Shown here: piece after piece, positions 49,141 to 61,300 of the stretch
Layout: each line of letters starts with the position of its first letter
Numbering within the stretch: the first letter of the stretch is position 1
DNA from: Raillietiella orientalis
Taxonomy: Eukaryota
Reading direction: 5' to 3'
NCBI GenBank assembly: GCA_036172245.1
Contig: JAYWIR010000081.1
Span: 186,001-250,000, forward strand
DNA: 64,000 nucleotides
Notes under the pieces: model-generated
Seen by the model: only the letters and a program-made list of their open reading frames with translations
Told to the model about the DNA's origin: nothing
Databases searched by the model: none
Translations under genes and position numbers: made by a program

Positions 49141-52100
49141 AGAGTGGACGTGGGTTTCCTTCGCTCCCCAGTGAGTCGACAGGAAGAGGTTTTTTTCTTG
49201 TGTTGTTTGGTGTGGAACATCGTTGGTGTCCGATGGCAGCGATGCCTGAGGACACCACGATGATGGTAGGTGTAGGGTGTACATGCCCAACCCCACAGCC
49301 TACAGAATCAGGGGCGTGCGCCCCGGAAACGGCCTTGCTGCCCAAGGCGAGGAGCTGGAGCGCCATGGTGGCCGCGCCGAGCGCGGAAACCGTAGCCGAG
49401 ATGGCGACCTACCGGGCAGCTGGCTACAAGCCCAGCTTGGTGTACCAGGTAGGCCCCTTATTTGACGGAAAAACGGCACGCGCGTTTTCGAAAGCGCTGC
49501 AAAACGCCGGAGTAAGAGAACATGACCTTGACGGTTTCTCCGTTCTCAGCGGAGGTCAGCGAGTCGAGGTGGTGGGCAATGAGATCACCTTGGCTCAGAC
49601 TCTGATCACCAACCCGTTGAACGTCGAAGGCCGCAAGATCTTGCCGGTGACGATGGACCGCTCCGTGGTGGTCCATCTCACTGGAATAACGAGCCGTATC
49701 ACTCGCTCTGCGGTAGCACAAGAACTACAAAAGTTCGGCGAGGTGCACGCGCTGTGGCCTAAGCCAACAATCTTTGAAGGCTTCAATAGGTATTTCGGAG
49801 GCCAGGCTGCAGCGCGGGTAACCGTGAGTAAGGACTGTGGGCTTCTTCACAAGCTGGAGGTCGCGCAAGAGAGCGTGGACCTCTGGTACGTGGGAAAGCC
49901 CCGGTATTGGGGCTACTGCGATACCATAGGACACCTTCGCAAGAGGTGTCCTAACATCCAATGCCACATGTGCGGGGAGAAGGGCCACGTTCGACGTGTG
50001 CGCCCAAAACGCCCCGCCCAGGTTCCTCCTGCGACGAAAAAGGCGCAGGGGAATCGCACACTAAATGTCACAAGACCTAAGGCGGACGCTGGCCGGCTGA
50101 AGCTTCCAGATCCTTAACCTCCAAAAGAAAAGACGGAGGAGAAACCTTCCCAAGAGGCCGAAGGTGAAGAGGGCTGGCAACATGTAGCAGCCAGAAAAAA
50201 CATTAAAGCTCCTTGAAAGGAAAAGAAAGAGAAGCCGGCCGGTAAGGTAAAAAAAACCCGGGCCGCGTTCGAAAACCGTACGCGAGTGCACGGTGGCACT
50301 GGAACGTTCCGGAAGATGCCACCCAATGCGACGAGCCTCCCCTTGCCGTTTCCCTCGCGCACGAAGTACGCGACGGAGAACCCTCTGTGCAAACAGAGGG
50401 TGAGCCGCGCGACGCGCCGGTCGACACCGAGGACGCCGCGTTCGCCAAGCGGCGGAGGAGCTCGCGGCCACGCTGGCGGAGCGTGGGAACCCCTCGCGCA
50501 AGGCCGTGCGAAGGCCGGCACCCGCGAAAAAGGCCCCCACAGGTGAGTTGTACCTGGGAGCCGGAAGTGCATCCTCCTCCTCGGAGGCACCCCCCAGGAA
50601 GTCGGGACGCTAGTCCCAGAAACCCAGGAGACGCCTCCCTTCCACCAGCGAGGAGGAGAAGCAGGAAGCTAGCGGTAGCGTGGGAATCCCGGAGGGGGAA
50701 CTCCCACGCTCGCAAGCCGTCGAACCGGCCACCCCCATGGAAGAGGGTGAGCAGGGGGGCGAAGTCCTCCCTGCAGTCGCCGAGCCTGAACAGCCCGCCC
50801 CCATGGAGGAGAGCCAACAGGTAGGCGCGACCCCACCTAAGGGTGACCCGCTCGACGCGCCGTTACCCATGGAGGAGGGGGACAAGGTGCACGCAGCGCC
50901 TGACCCTCCTCCTCCACCTAGCCTCCCGCCGCAACAGGTGGCGGACGCCGCATCGCCATCTTCCCAGGAGTAACACCTGGGATCGCCAGTCGCCGTCGGA
51001 TTCGCGCCGCCTGTTGGAACGTCAACGGGCAGCGCGACGACGGTAACAGGAGAGATACGGCCGACGGCCTGCGTGAGCTCGACCTGGCGCTGCTGCAGGA
51101 GATCCACGTGATCACCGCGGCAGACGCCCAGGAGATCGAGGCGATCGCGGAAGGTCGGTTGTATTGGCGGTGCGGCCTCCGCAACATCTGCAGGGTCGCG
51201 TTCTCCGTGAAGCCGGCCACCGATGCTGCCGTGAAGGGCGTGCGCTTCGATGACGACGGTCGGGTCGGTCAGCTGATTCTCAGCTGGTCCAACTCGATGG
51301 AATTGATCGTCACGAATGTGTACGCCCCCAGCGGGAAACAGGGATACAGCGACCGCACCAGGCTGCTGGAATCCATGAAGCGCGACTGGCTGGCGGACAC
51401 GAGCGTGCGGAAGGCTCACCTGATAGCGGGAGATTTCAATCGAGTGCGGACGTGTTTTTCTTCGCTCTCGTCCCCGTGCTTTCATCCGCTTCACCTTGGC
51501 GTCGTACATTTTGACGACGATGTCGACCCAACTTGAAGCTACTGAAGTTGGAGGAACAGCATCCGGATCTGCAATCGCGGAGCCGACGGCCGCCTCCACT
51601 TCGACTTTCTCGCCAATGGAGAGGAGTTTTGCTGACGTTGCTGCCACAGCAGCCGTCAAACGGAAACCACTCGACGAGTCGGAGTTGCGGGCATACGTAG
51701 TCCAAGGCTATAGACCTGCTCTCCGATATAAGGTGAGTGGTTTTCTTTCTGCGCGCGACGGGAATCAGTTCAACGATGAACTGAGCCGTGTTGGCGTGCG
51801 GGAGGAGGACCTCCTCGCCATTATGCCCGTGAAGGATATGGGCTATTTCAAGGTGGGTTGCAAATACGCTGCACTTGTGCAACGCTTGCTGCGCACCCCG
51901 TTGTCGATACGTGGACAGAAGGTCTTCCCGTCCGCCATGGACGACTCATTTGTGGCGGAGATTTTCGACATCGAGTTGGAAATCTCCGATATTGATACTC
52001 GGAACGCGTTGGCAAAATTCGCCGCGGTCTATGCGCTGTGGAGGGTGCGTAGCAACCTCAAGGACTTCCCGTCCATACACAGCGGAGTCGCTGGAGTCCA

Positions 52101-55100
52101 GCTTACAATGCCGGACCGCCGTCTGCTGCCCACCAAACTACAGGTTGAAGACACGGTCGTTCACCTGTATTTCGTGGGCAAAGTTAGAACGTGCGAGCAA
52201 TGCGGAAAGGAGGGGCATTGTTTGGATAAATGCCCCTTTGGAAAATACTGTGATTGCAAACTAGCCGGGCACCAATTGAAAAATTGCCCGGATGCTTTGG
52301 GAAAAAAGGCAGCCGCGGAACTCCATGTTAACAAACAAAGCGCGGATAAAAAGAAAAAATCTTCGAAAAACCTGGAGACGTCGCGGCAGAAATTGCGCAA
52401 AAACGCAAAGCGGAATGTCGCCCCAAAGCAGCAGGAAACCACTCACGCGAAGCCCTGCGCGCTTCCTCTCGCGGCAGGGGAGCCGCAAAAGAAAGAGTGC
52501 GGGGAATCCGGGGCAATGGTAAGTCCCCCTAGGCGCAATAGCTGTCCTTCCCAAGCACGCCGGGCTCTCTCGGAGTTCGAGCAACCGGCGGGGACGCCAA
52601 TGGACAACGGCGGTAAGGACACTTCCAGTACCGTCAGATCCATTCCTTCACCTTCTGCAAAGGCTGAGAAGCCTATATTGGGTAAGAAGAGTTGTGCCGT
52701 GTCGACTTCGAAAGTCGGCAAAAAAAAATCTGCGTCGCGATCCAACACCGCGTAAGCGGAGAAAAATCACACGCCGTCGCAATCGGAGAGCAAGCTCTCG
52801 ACTGGCGCGGATGCCATGCCAACGAAGGGATTAAAAGCCCTTCCGAAGGCAGCGTCCATGACGAGCGTGTCGAAGTCATCCAAAGTGCTCACGTCCAAAG
52901 ACGCGGATGGCTTCAAAGATGGCAATGCAGCACAATCTCCATTTACGGCGCCACGCGAAGTGAGGAACCGTAATGAAGTAAAGAAGACTTCAGCATAGGT
53001 CCCTCGTGCAACTGCGCGTGAGCACGCTGAAAACCTGGCTTTGCTGCGCCCAACTTGCAATAGGGGAGGAGGAGATGGAAAGCCTCTACGAGCCTTTTAC
53101 CACCGTTGAAATTCTCGCCGGTATCAAAAGGCTCAAGAGGCGTAAAGCTCCAGGGGAAGACGGCTTGCCCGCGGAGTTCTTTCAGAGCTTCGCGGAAGAG
53201 CTGGAACCCCTGCTGCTTAAGTTGATCAGGCTGATCTGAGACGAAGGCGATGTTCCAGCCTCGTTTCGGTCAGCCAGAGTGAGTCTCCTTTCGTAAGGGG
53301 GAGACCTGAGGGATCTAAAGAACTGGCGTCCGATCACGATAGTAAATACGGACGCCAAGTTCATCGCAGGGCTATGGACTTCGCGTCTGGGGCAGGTGGC
53401 AGAATCCGTAATTAGCCCGGAGCAGACTTATGCTGTTCCCGGGCGAAGTATGGATGCCAACCTCTTCTTCGCAAGCACATGGGTGCACCTGCAGAGAAGA
53501 GAAAAGAAAGGGATAGGGAAAGTCGGCAACCCCACATTGGGGCCGCCAGCCGGGCTGGGAAGGGACCCCCGGGCGGGGCAGGGGGCCCTAGCGCTCGCAG
53601 TCGATCTCCACAAGGCGTTCGACTGTGTAGACCAGGAACTCCTCTTGGAGCTCCTGGGTCGCATGGGCTTCCCACCCTCCCTGATTTCCTACCTGCGCTC
53701 TTGCTGGCGGAATAGGACGATAACCGTCTCTTTCAGTGGACAGAAGGTGTATGGCGTGCCGATGCGGCGGGGCATAAGGCAGGGCGATAGCCTCAGCCCT
53801 CTGCTCTTTAACACCTACTTTGAGTTGGTGCTCAGAGCGTACAGGGTGACTTTGGTCCCCTTGCTTAGCTCGTGCCCCGGCACGCCCGCCGTAGCAGCGT
53901 ACGCCGACGATCTTCTGCTCTTGTTGCTAATTTCCACCCCGTCAAACGCGGTCGGAGACTTCTTCGATCTGCTCAGCAGCGGGACCGGACTCAGCGGGAC
54001 TGCTCAGCACCAAGAGGTGATCGGCAAAGCATCTTCCTATATGGAAGGAGCCGCCAGATGGCCTCAATTGACCGAGGATACGAAAAGGGATCTCGCTAGC
54101 ATACGCCGACGGTTTACAGACGCTACCCAACAGCGCACCCGGTGATCCTTACCCCTCGCCCCCTTGATATGTTTTTTTTTTTTTTTTACTTCCGCCCTAT
54201 TAGGCTCCGAAACATTTTAAGTGCTCTCTATTTGAATCCCCGTGAGTACGGAGCTTCACCAAGGACCGGTTACCCCTCTCTCCAGATTTAGATTTTTGTT
54301 TGTTATCCCTCTACACCCTCAGTGTTGTTGGAAGCGGTTTGTTCACCAGGCCTGTGCGCCAATAAATTCTCTGTGCTCCTTGTCGTTTTTTTGGTTACAG
54401 ACATGGTCTTTGACCGGCTTATTTTCAATAAACGTCCAGGCGTGACCTCGTGAATAATTTCAATCTCCGCCTGCTAACAGGTGAGCCAGCAACACAAGAG
54501 AACGCGATGATCGAGTTGTGCGCCGCCATGCGTGCGCGCAACTTGTTCGCGGGTAAGAGGGGAATGGTCCGCAGCATCGACCACGTCTTCGTCGACGCTG
54601 ACCTGTGTTCACGGGTCGGCAAACGGGAGAGGGTTGCGTCGACGTTGTCGGACCATTCCCGGTTAATGTTCGAGATGCGGCCTCGCGACAAAGGACCGCC
54701 ATCCAGAAATTGGCGTCTGCCGGGGGACTGGACGCGACTATCAGGTGCGAAGGAACACCTTCGCGAATACCTGAGAGGCGTCACGCTCCGGAATCTCCAG
54801 GACTGCGACCTTTTTAAGGAATCGGTCCGCGAGTTCTGTGAGCAGTTCCCCCTGGATCGCCTGCCCCCCGGATTCGGCGAGGGTGCTCGCAACCATCGGG
54901 CCTATTTACAGGCTCGTAGGTACGAGTAAACCCCTAATGTTCGTCGCCTGGCCGAGTACCGCGCCGTGGCCGAACGCCAAGCCTGGCAATCCGGGTCGGC
55001 CAGCTTGCTGGACGACCAGGGCCGGGAATGTTCGTCCCCGGCGTCGGTACGGCATCTCGTGCGGAGTTTTTATTCCTCCCTTTACGCCAGGGAGCCCCCG

Positions 55101-57828
55101 GATCGAAACGCCTCTCGGCGCTTGCTTCCGGATGGTGCCACGGCAATAGGGGAGGAGGAGTCCTTAAGCCTCGATGAGCCTTCTACCACCGGCAAAATTC
55201 TCGGCGGTATCAGAAGGCTCAAGAGGCGGAAAGCTCCAGGGTAAGACGGCTTGCCTGCAAAGTTCTTTCAGAGCTTCGCGGAAGAGCTGGCACCCCTGCT
55301 GCTTAAGTTGATAATGTTGATCCGAGACGAAGGCGATGTTCTCGCCTAGTTTCGATCAGCCAGAGTGAGGTTCATTCCGGAAGGGGGAGACCTTAGAAAT
55401 TTGAACAACTGGCGTCCGTTCACGATTGTGAATACGGACGCCAAGTTGGTTGTCAGGCTATAGGCATCGCTTTAGGGCAGATGGCAGAATCCATAATTAG
55501 CCCGGAGCAGACATATGCTGTTTCCGGGCGAAGTATGGATGCCAACCTCTTCTTCGCGAGCACATGGATGCACACCCAGAGATGTCAGAGGGTGAGGAAG
55601 GGAAAGGAAAAATCGGCAACCCTACTTTGGGGCCGCCAGCAGGGAAGGGAAGGGACTCCAGTAAGGAAAAGAAGCCGTAGCACTCGCAGTCAGTCTCCAT
55701 AAAGCGTTCGACTGTGTTGAACAGGAGCTTTTGTTTGAGCTCCTTGGTCGCAGGGGCTTCTCACCCTCTTTAATCACCCAGCTGCGCTCTTGATATCGGA
55801 ATGCGATTATCTGCATCTTTCTCAGCAGACAAAAGGTATATGGCGTGCCGGTGCGGCGGTGCATAAGCCCCGCCGCACCGGCAGAGCAGGGGACTCAGGC
55901 GAAAGCCTGAGTCCCCTGCTCTTCAGCACCTACTTTGAGTTGGTGCTGAGAGCACATAGGGTGACTTTGGCCTCTTTGCCGAGCTCGTGCCCCGGCACGC
56001 CCGCCGCAGAAGCCTATGCTAACGTTCTTCTGCTCCTCTTACCTATGTCCACCCCGGCAAAGGCGGTCGGAGACTTCTTCGATCTGCTCAGCCGTGGGAC
56101 CGGACTGCAGGTCAACAGGGCGAAGTCGTCGGTGGTGCCAGTAGGTGCGGCGTGGGCAGGGCAGCAGGACTGGGTCCGTCTGGGGATACCCACGGCGAGG
56201 TGCCTCAAGTACCTTGGTGTGCCGTTGGGTGACTACTACCCTGCGAAAGCGTGGTCCAGCTGTCTTCAAAAAGTTGAGACAGCGATCGGCCCGTTCCTGG
56301 AAGGCAAGTTTCACTTGCCGGAACGGGCCGCGGTTTGGAACGCCTTCGCGGCCTTCATCTTTCGCCCCTTGCTTTTTATTGGCCCCGCCCCAAGAGTAGT
56401 TAAAAAGAGGACGAAGGACCTCCTCTGCATCGCCCTTTGGGGCAAGAAGAGGCCCCGAGTCCCTCTGCAGGACTTGTGCGCTCCGCGTCGGGACGGCGGC
56501 CTTGACCTCCTGACGCTGGAGCGGGTGGAAATCCAGCTGCGGTGGCGAACCCTCGCCATCGCAGCGAAGATGTGGAGCACCCCTTGGTGCGTTCCAGCCC
56601 ACCACCTCGCCAGGCGTGTGTCTTCATGCGAAGGACTCGCGTCGTTTCTTCTGTGCCCTGGCCGGAAGATCCGAAGATGCGGCCTTATGCTCGGACGCAT
56701 AGGAACCTTGGCGAAGACGAACGGTCGGATGGTTTGTGGCCCCGCCAACTCCTCCGCCTGGTTATAGGAGTCTGCTGGCACATGATCTAAGCTGCACCGG
56801 AGAAGTGAAAACCACATGAACTGCCTGCGAATCGGCCCATACGCCAACCGCACCCTGCGGGAAATACTGGAATTTCCCCGGAGCCGCAGGTGGGCGTTGA
56901 CGACTCCCCTTGCTACGGCGATGCCCTACCTCCTGAGGGCGCTTCAGGATCGCCAGAAGCAGAGGTGGCAAGTCTCCTGCCGGATCGCAGGCAGGGAGAA
57001 GATGTTAAGCGGATGGACCACAGGAGAACTGGCGGCCGCCACGACTTAGAGCGTCCAGCCGCGAGGATTAATGAGATGGAGCAAGCTGCTCGCCATCCCT
57101 ACGGTTGTGGTGAAGTGGCTCCCGGTACTTAAGGAAACCATGATCCTGCCCTCTGAGTGGCAAAAGTCGGCGTTGCCACTGCTGCACTGGGGTTTACCCT
57201 GCAACCCACGCCGCTTCCACTGCACAATGGGAGTTGTGGATCCTGAGTGTGTAAGGTGCGGAGAGGGGGAATTGCTCTCTCACCTTATTGTGGACTGTGC
57301 TGCCCTCCGACCCCTCTGAGAACGATTCGGGACGACCCTCGGGCTCCCTTCGGGCAGCACTCCCAGAGACGTTCTTCAACCTGTCTTCGTGAAGGACGCA
57401 CTGCACCTAGCCGCAGCCATCGCAACCTTGTGCTGCGTCCGTGGCATCGTGGCGGCATAAGCGACGCCAACAACGAAGGAGTGGTTCAACACGCAAGAGA
57501 TGTCATCCCATACGCCCAACGCTTTTTGCGGAGAGCTGCCGGATGGCACAACTGGGAAATATGCGGATGGACCTCGAGGGCTTCCTTCAACGTATGATTC
57601 CTCCTCACAGCGAATAGTAATCCCTTCCCTCCCCTCCAAATTCTTTTTGTTTGTTCATTTTTTCTTCTTCTTTTTCTTTTATCCTCATCCCATTTTCCTG
57701 CTAAGGAACGCTACGCCGGGCAGCTTGCCGGCTTTCCGGCAGGTCCCGTGCGTATGCCCGTGAGCTGGGCCTTGTACCGCGTATGCTGGGCTTTTTAAAT
57801 AAACGCCCCGGGCGTACCCGGGTGTAAA
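49141..57828 (+). mobile_element. LINE family B, second head-to-tail copy, interrupted by family C
   Basis: 5' UTR nearly identical to 43480 onward; ORF1 to 50973; APE to AGDFN at 51441, resumes at 54457; RT 55790..56767; 3' motif 57798-57828. Confidence 0.9.
51442..54456 (+). mobile_element. LINE family C with perfect 9-bp TSD; chimeric interior (ORF1 51496 to about 53035, B-type RT piece about 53050-53990, C 3' end)
   Basis: atttcaatc at 51433-51441 and 54457-54465; ORF 51496..52755 matches 27346..29199; 3' motif 54427-54456. Confidence 0.88.
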
Positions 57829-58372
57829 CCTCCAAGGCAAGAAAGAAGGCCGTAAGGCATTCGGCCTCCCCTCAGGGGTCCCCCACTTCCGACTCCGAGG
57901 TGGAGGCCGGAAACGCAGCCACCGTTTCTACGGCACCCCGCAAGAAGGCTGGACGTAAGTCCACAAAGCCGAATAATATCCTTCCCCTTTACGAAGAGGA
58001 AGAGATGCTTGCCGGAAGCGAAGCTGACATGCGCGTTGAAACTCCCGGGCCCCTTCGCACGGGAGACTCTCACGCGCAGACACGGACGGGATGGAGGGGG
58101 TAGAGACCGAACAAATGCTCCAAATGCCTGAGAAGGCAAAAAACCCACATGGACATCCCGCCCGACTCGCAAGAGTCGGGCTCCCCACACCTTAATCTTC
58201 CCAGCAAAAATGCCGCGTATCTCCTCCCGCCGTCGTCTGCGCATCGCCGTTTGGAACGTGAACGGCAAGACAGACGCCGGCAAGAGACGAGACATGGCCT
58301 CCCTTCTGGAATTCTTCGATCTTGCGCTGCTGCAGGAGATCCACATGATCTCCGCAGAACAAGCGCAAGACA
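57829..58372 (+). mobile_element. LINE family A fragment: ORF1 C-terminus and ORF2 start, interrupted by family E
   Basis: Homologous to about 20313-20860; MPRISSRRRLRIAVWNVNG...LQEIHMISAEQAQDI then junction. Confidence 0.85.
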
Positions 58373-61300
58373 TTTCACTCCCGGTTACGACGGGGCGTTC
58401 ATTTCATATAAGTTCAACAGAAGCAATTATATAAAATAAACCTGTTGGGGACCATGCCCCAACCGACGACGGCACAAGTATCAAAAGTACATTGCTGGCA
58501 CACAGGTCAGAATAACACAGATCGGTTTGTGGGAACTGGAAAAACAAGCAAACAAAAACAAAAGAAAAAGAAATCAACGGCAAACGCCGAAACAAGAGTC
58601 TTTGTGATCGCTCTGGTTCGCTCCGGGATAATAGTAATGGCATTGGTATTCTAGCAGAGCGAGCAAAAAAGGGGTATAGGTGGGTTTCAGGACGTAGTGG
58701 TCACCAGATTGAGCCGTTCCTAGAAGTCTGTAAACCGGCGGTGGATGCCGGCGATGTCCTATCTGACATCGACCCGAAGATGAGACCACCTAGGAGCGAT
58801 TTCAATGGAATCTGCTGCAAACCGGTATGCGTCCCTCCGCTGCGCTGACAACTGCAGGGCAGATCGAGCCCTCACGATGGCGCGAATGCAACACATGGTA
58901 ACGACAATCCCGCATATCGAAAATTCATTCCTCCTGAACAAGCGCCGCAGTACATCATTGACAGTGCCTCCCTGCGGCAGGATGGCTGAAACCAGCCTTC
59001 GCCTCAGTTTACGGAGGTCACCGCAGTACAGCAAGAGGTGCGGAAAAGACTCGATCTCACCGCACCTCAAACAGTTTGGCAGAGCAGCTCCCCCGCAAAC
59101 GATGCTTCGCTGCCGATTACAATGGAAACCTTAGTGTATAAAGAGCACCACATCTTGTTTCCAATTTAAGGGAACACGGAGCTGTCCAAACAAACGAAGA
59201 TGACCCCTATCTTTCCGGAGGGTACACTTAAATGATCATTCCATCGAAGCAGGCAATTTGCCCGATTACGAGGAGTGGCAGTTTCTACCATCTCCTTCGT
59301 CGTGCAACAGCCGAGGAGCTTCCTGACTCCTGCAATTGAGCAGGAGAACTCCCATTTCGCCGGTAGGCAAATTTCTTTGCTTGCTCTAAGGGCAGACAGC
59401 GCTGCTCGAGTGGTGTGGCGGGCAGACGATCCGACATCTGCTTGTCCTGCATGACTTCGTCCATTGGATGACTGAGGAGAAGTCGCAGGCGCCAAAGATC
59501 TAACGGGAGCGCTCCTTCGGAAGCTGCGCACGATAAAAAGATTCCTGCCGCCATGCATTAATATTCATGGGGCGGCAGGAGATCCAACATTGGGCTTCCA
59601 GCAGTGAGGACAACTGCCTCAGCGAAAAGCCAAACCCTATTCTGGTGTGCCGAAAGTGGGGCAACAACGAAAGCAGTCCCTCGCTTCCCGTGCAGCGCCT
59701 TAGTATAAGTCGTGCGGGTAAGCACCACGGCGTACACCACAGCTTGGCACAGAGCCGCAGCATTCGAAACTGCACCTGCAGCTCGATGCTTTTTAAGTCT
59801 AGGATGCCCAAGCCTGCATCGAAAAGCGGCACCACCAAGTCTTTAAGTCTTAAGCAGGATCTTGCAGCGCCTCACAGCGTTCTGCGTAGAAGGTGCTGTG
59901 CCCAGACTTTGACTTCCTGAAGGGGTCGACAAACAAAAAATGAGGGGCGGAATAGGGAAGCAAAGAAGGTGTTCCAGATGCTGGCCCGTTTTGTGAAGAC
60001 GAACTCGCCTCCTGAGAACTGGTCAAGTGCACGCACTGCCTTCCGAAGGCAGTCCGACCACGATTCTGAGATTCAGAAGTCCCCAAACGGCACGCCAAGG
60101 TACCTTAGGTACCTGCCGGAGGGGATCCCCAGGCAAATCCAGTCGGACTGCCCTTCCCACGTAGCTCCAACCAAAACAACCATGCACTTCCTCCTGTTGA
60201 CGCTCACGCTTGCACCGCGACGGATAAACTCAAAGAAATCTTCAAGCGACGCTGCCGGGGTGGACATGGGCAACAGAAGTAGGAGGTCGTTTGCATACGC
60301 TGCAACGGACGGCGTACCTGGACAGGAACTCGGCAGGTTGGTTAGCGTAAGACTGTAAGCCTCCAGCACCATTGCAAAATAGTTGCTAAGGTAATGCGGG
60401 CTTAACCTATCATTCTGCCTTATTCCTCGCCTAACCGGAACGCTGTACACGCGACAGCCACTAAGAACAATGGATGTAATCGCGTGGCGCCAGCAGGAGC
60501 GCAAGTACGCCAACAGGGATGTCGGGAGCCCAAGTAGTTTCTAGAGCTCAAGTAAAAGCTTTTGGTTCACGCAATCGAAAGCTTTGTGAAAATCGACTGT
60601 AACCACCAAGGCTCCCATGGTTTTCCTTTGCGACCCGCGCCTTTCTCGGTGAGAGATCGAAGGCGTTGCTTTCCCACGACGATCCATCGCCACGCGATGC
60701 TGCAATTGCAGCCATTGTCGGATGAACAAGAGCTTCGCGTCCATGCACCGCCCAGGAACAGCGTAGCTCTGCTCCAGACTTACCAAAAACTCCGCGATCT
60801 TCCCCATCCGTGCCACCCATAGTTTTGAGAACAACATTACGAGTGAATTTACTAATGTGATCGTACGCCAATTGTTCAGTTGACGCAAATCTCCGTCTTC
60901 CGGCAGGAGACGCATCTTCGCTTTGCGAAACGACACGGGGACATCGCATGCGTCTCGCATCAACGACGACATTATGAGCACCAGAGGGATAAGCTCCGCC
61001 GCAAAGCACTGGAAGAATTCCTCGTGGAGTCCATCCTCGCCTGGCGCTTTTCGTCTCTTGAGTCCCGAGATGGCCAGAGAAAGTTCCTCTGCCGTGAAGG
61101 GCTCATGGAGACGCGCGCGTTCCTTCTCGTCTACAACAGGTGCATCAATCGGGAAAAGCAGCTAGGAGAGACTTCGTTCCGTCGGTGCCTCTTCATACAG
61201 AGAAGATTAATAGCACCTGTCTATCCGTCGCACGTCGGCTGGAGGCGAGCATTCCCGGTCCTGGTCGTCAAGCACAACTGTCGCCTGAAACTGCCAAACC

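Noticed and set aside
50610..51659. Long antisense ORFs (e.g. 50610..51659, 44612..45772) as novel genes
   Set aside because: They are shadow frames of GC-rich coding sequence, cross junctions and lack recognisable motifs.
57821..57850. Sense insertion of B into family A ORF1 as a second B target site
   Set aside because: The expected TSD is absent, the F host's other half is missing and about 190 bp of A is lost; a later deletion explains it better.
9367..58403. Recurring ~30-bp palindromic motif read as CRISPR repeats, integron attC sites or recombinase sites
   Set aside because: Copies are kilobases apart, in both orientations and always directly after an ORF2 stop plus 3' UTR; no cas or integrase genes are present. 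They are LINE 3' ends.
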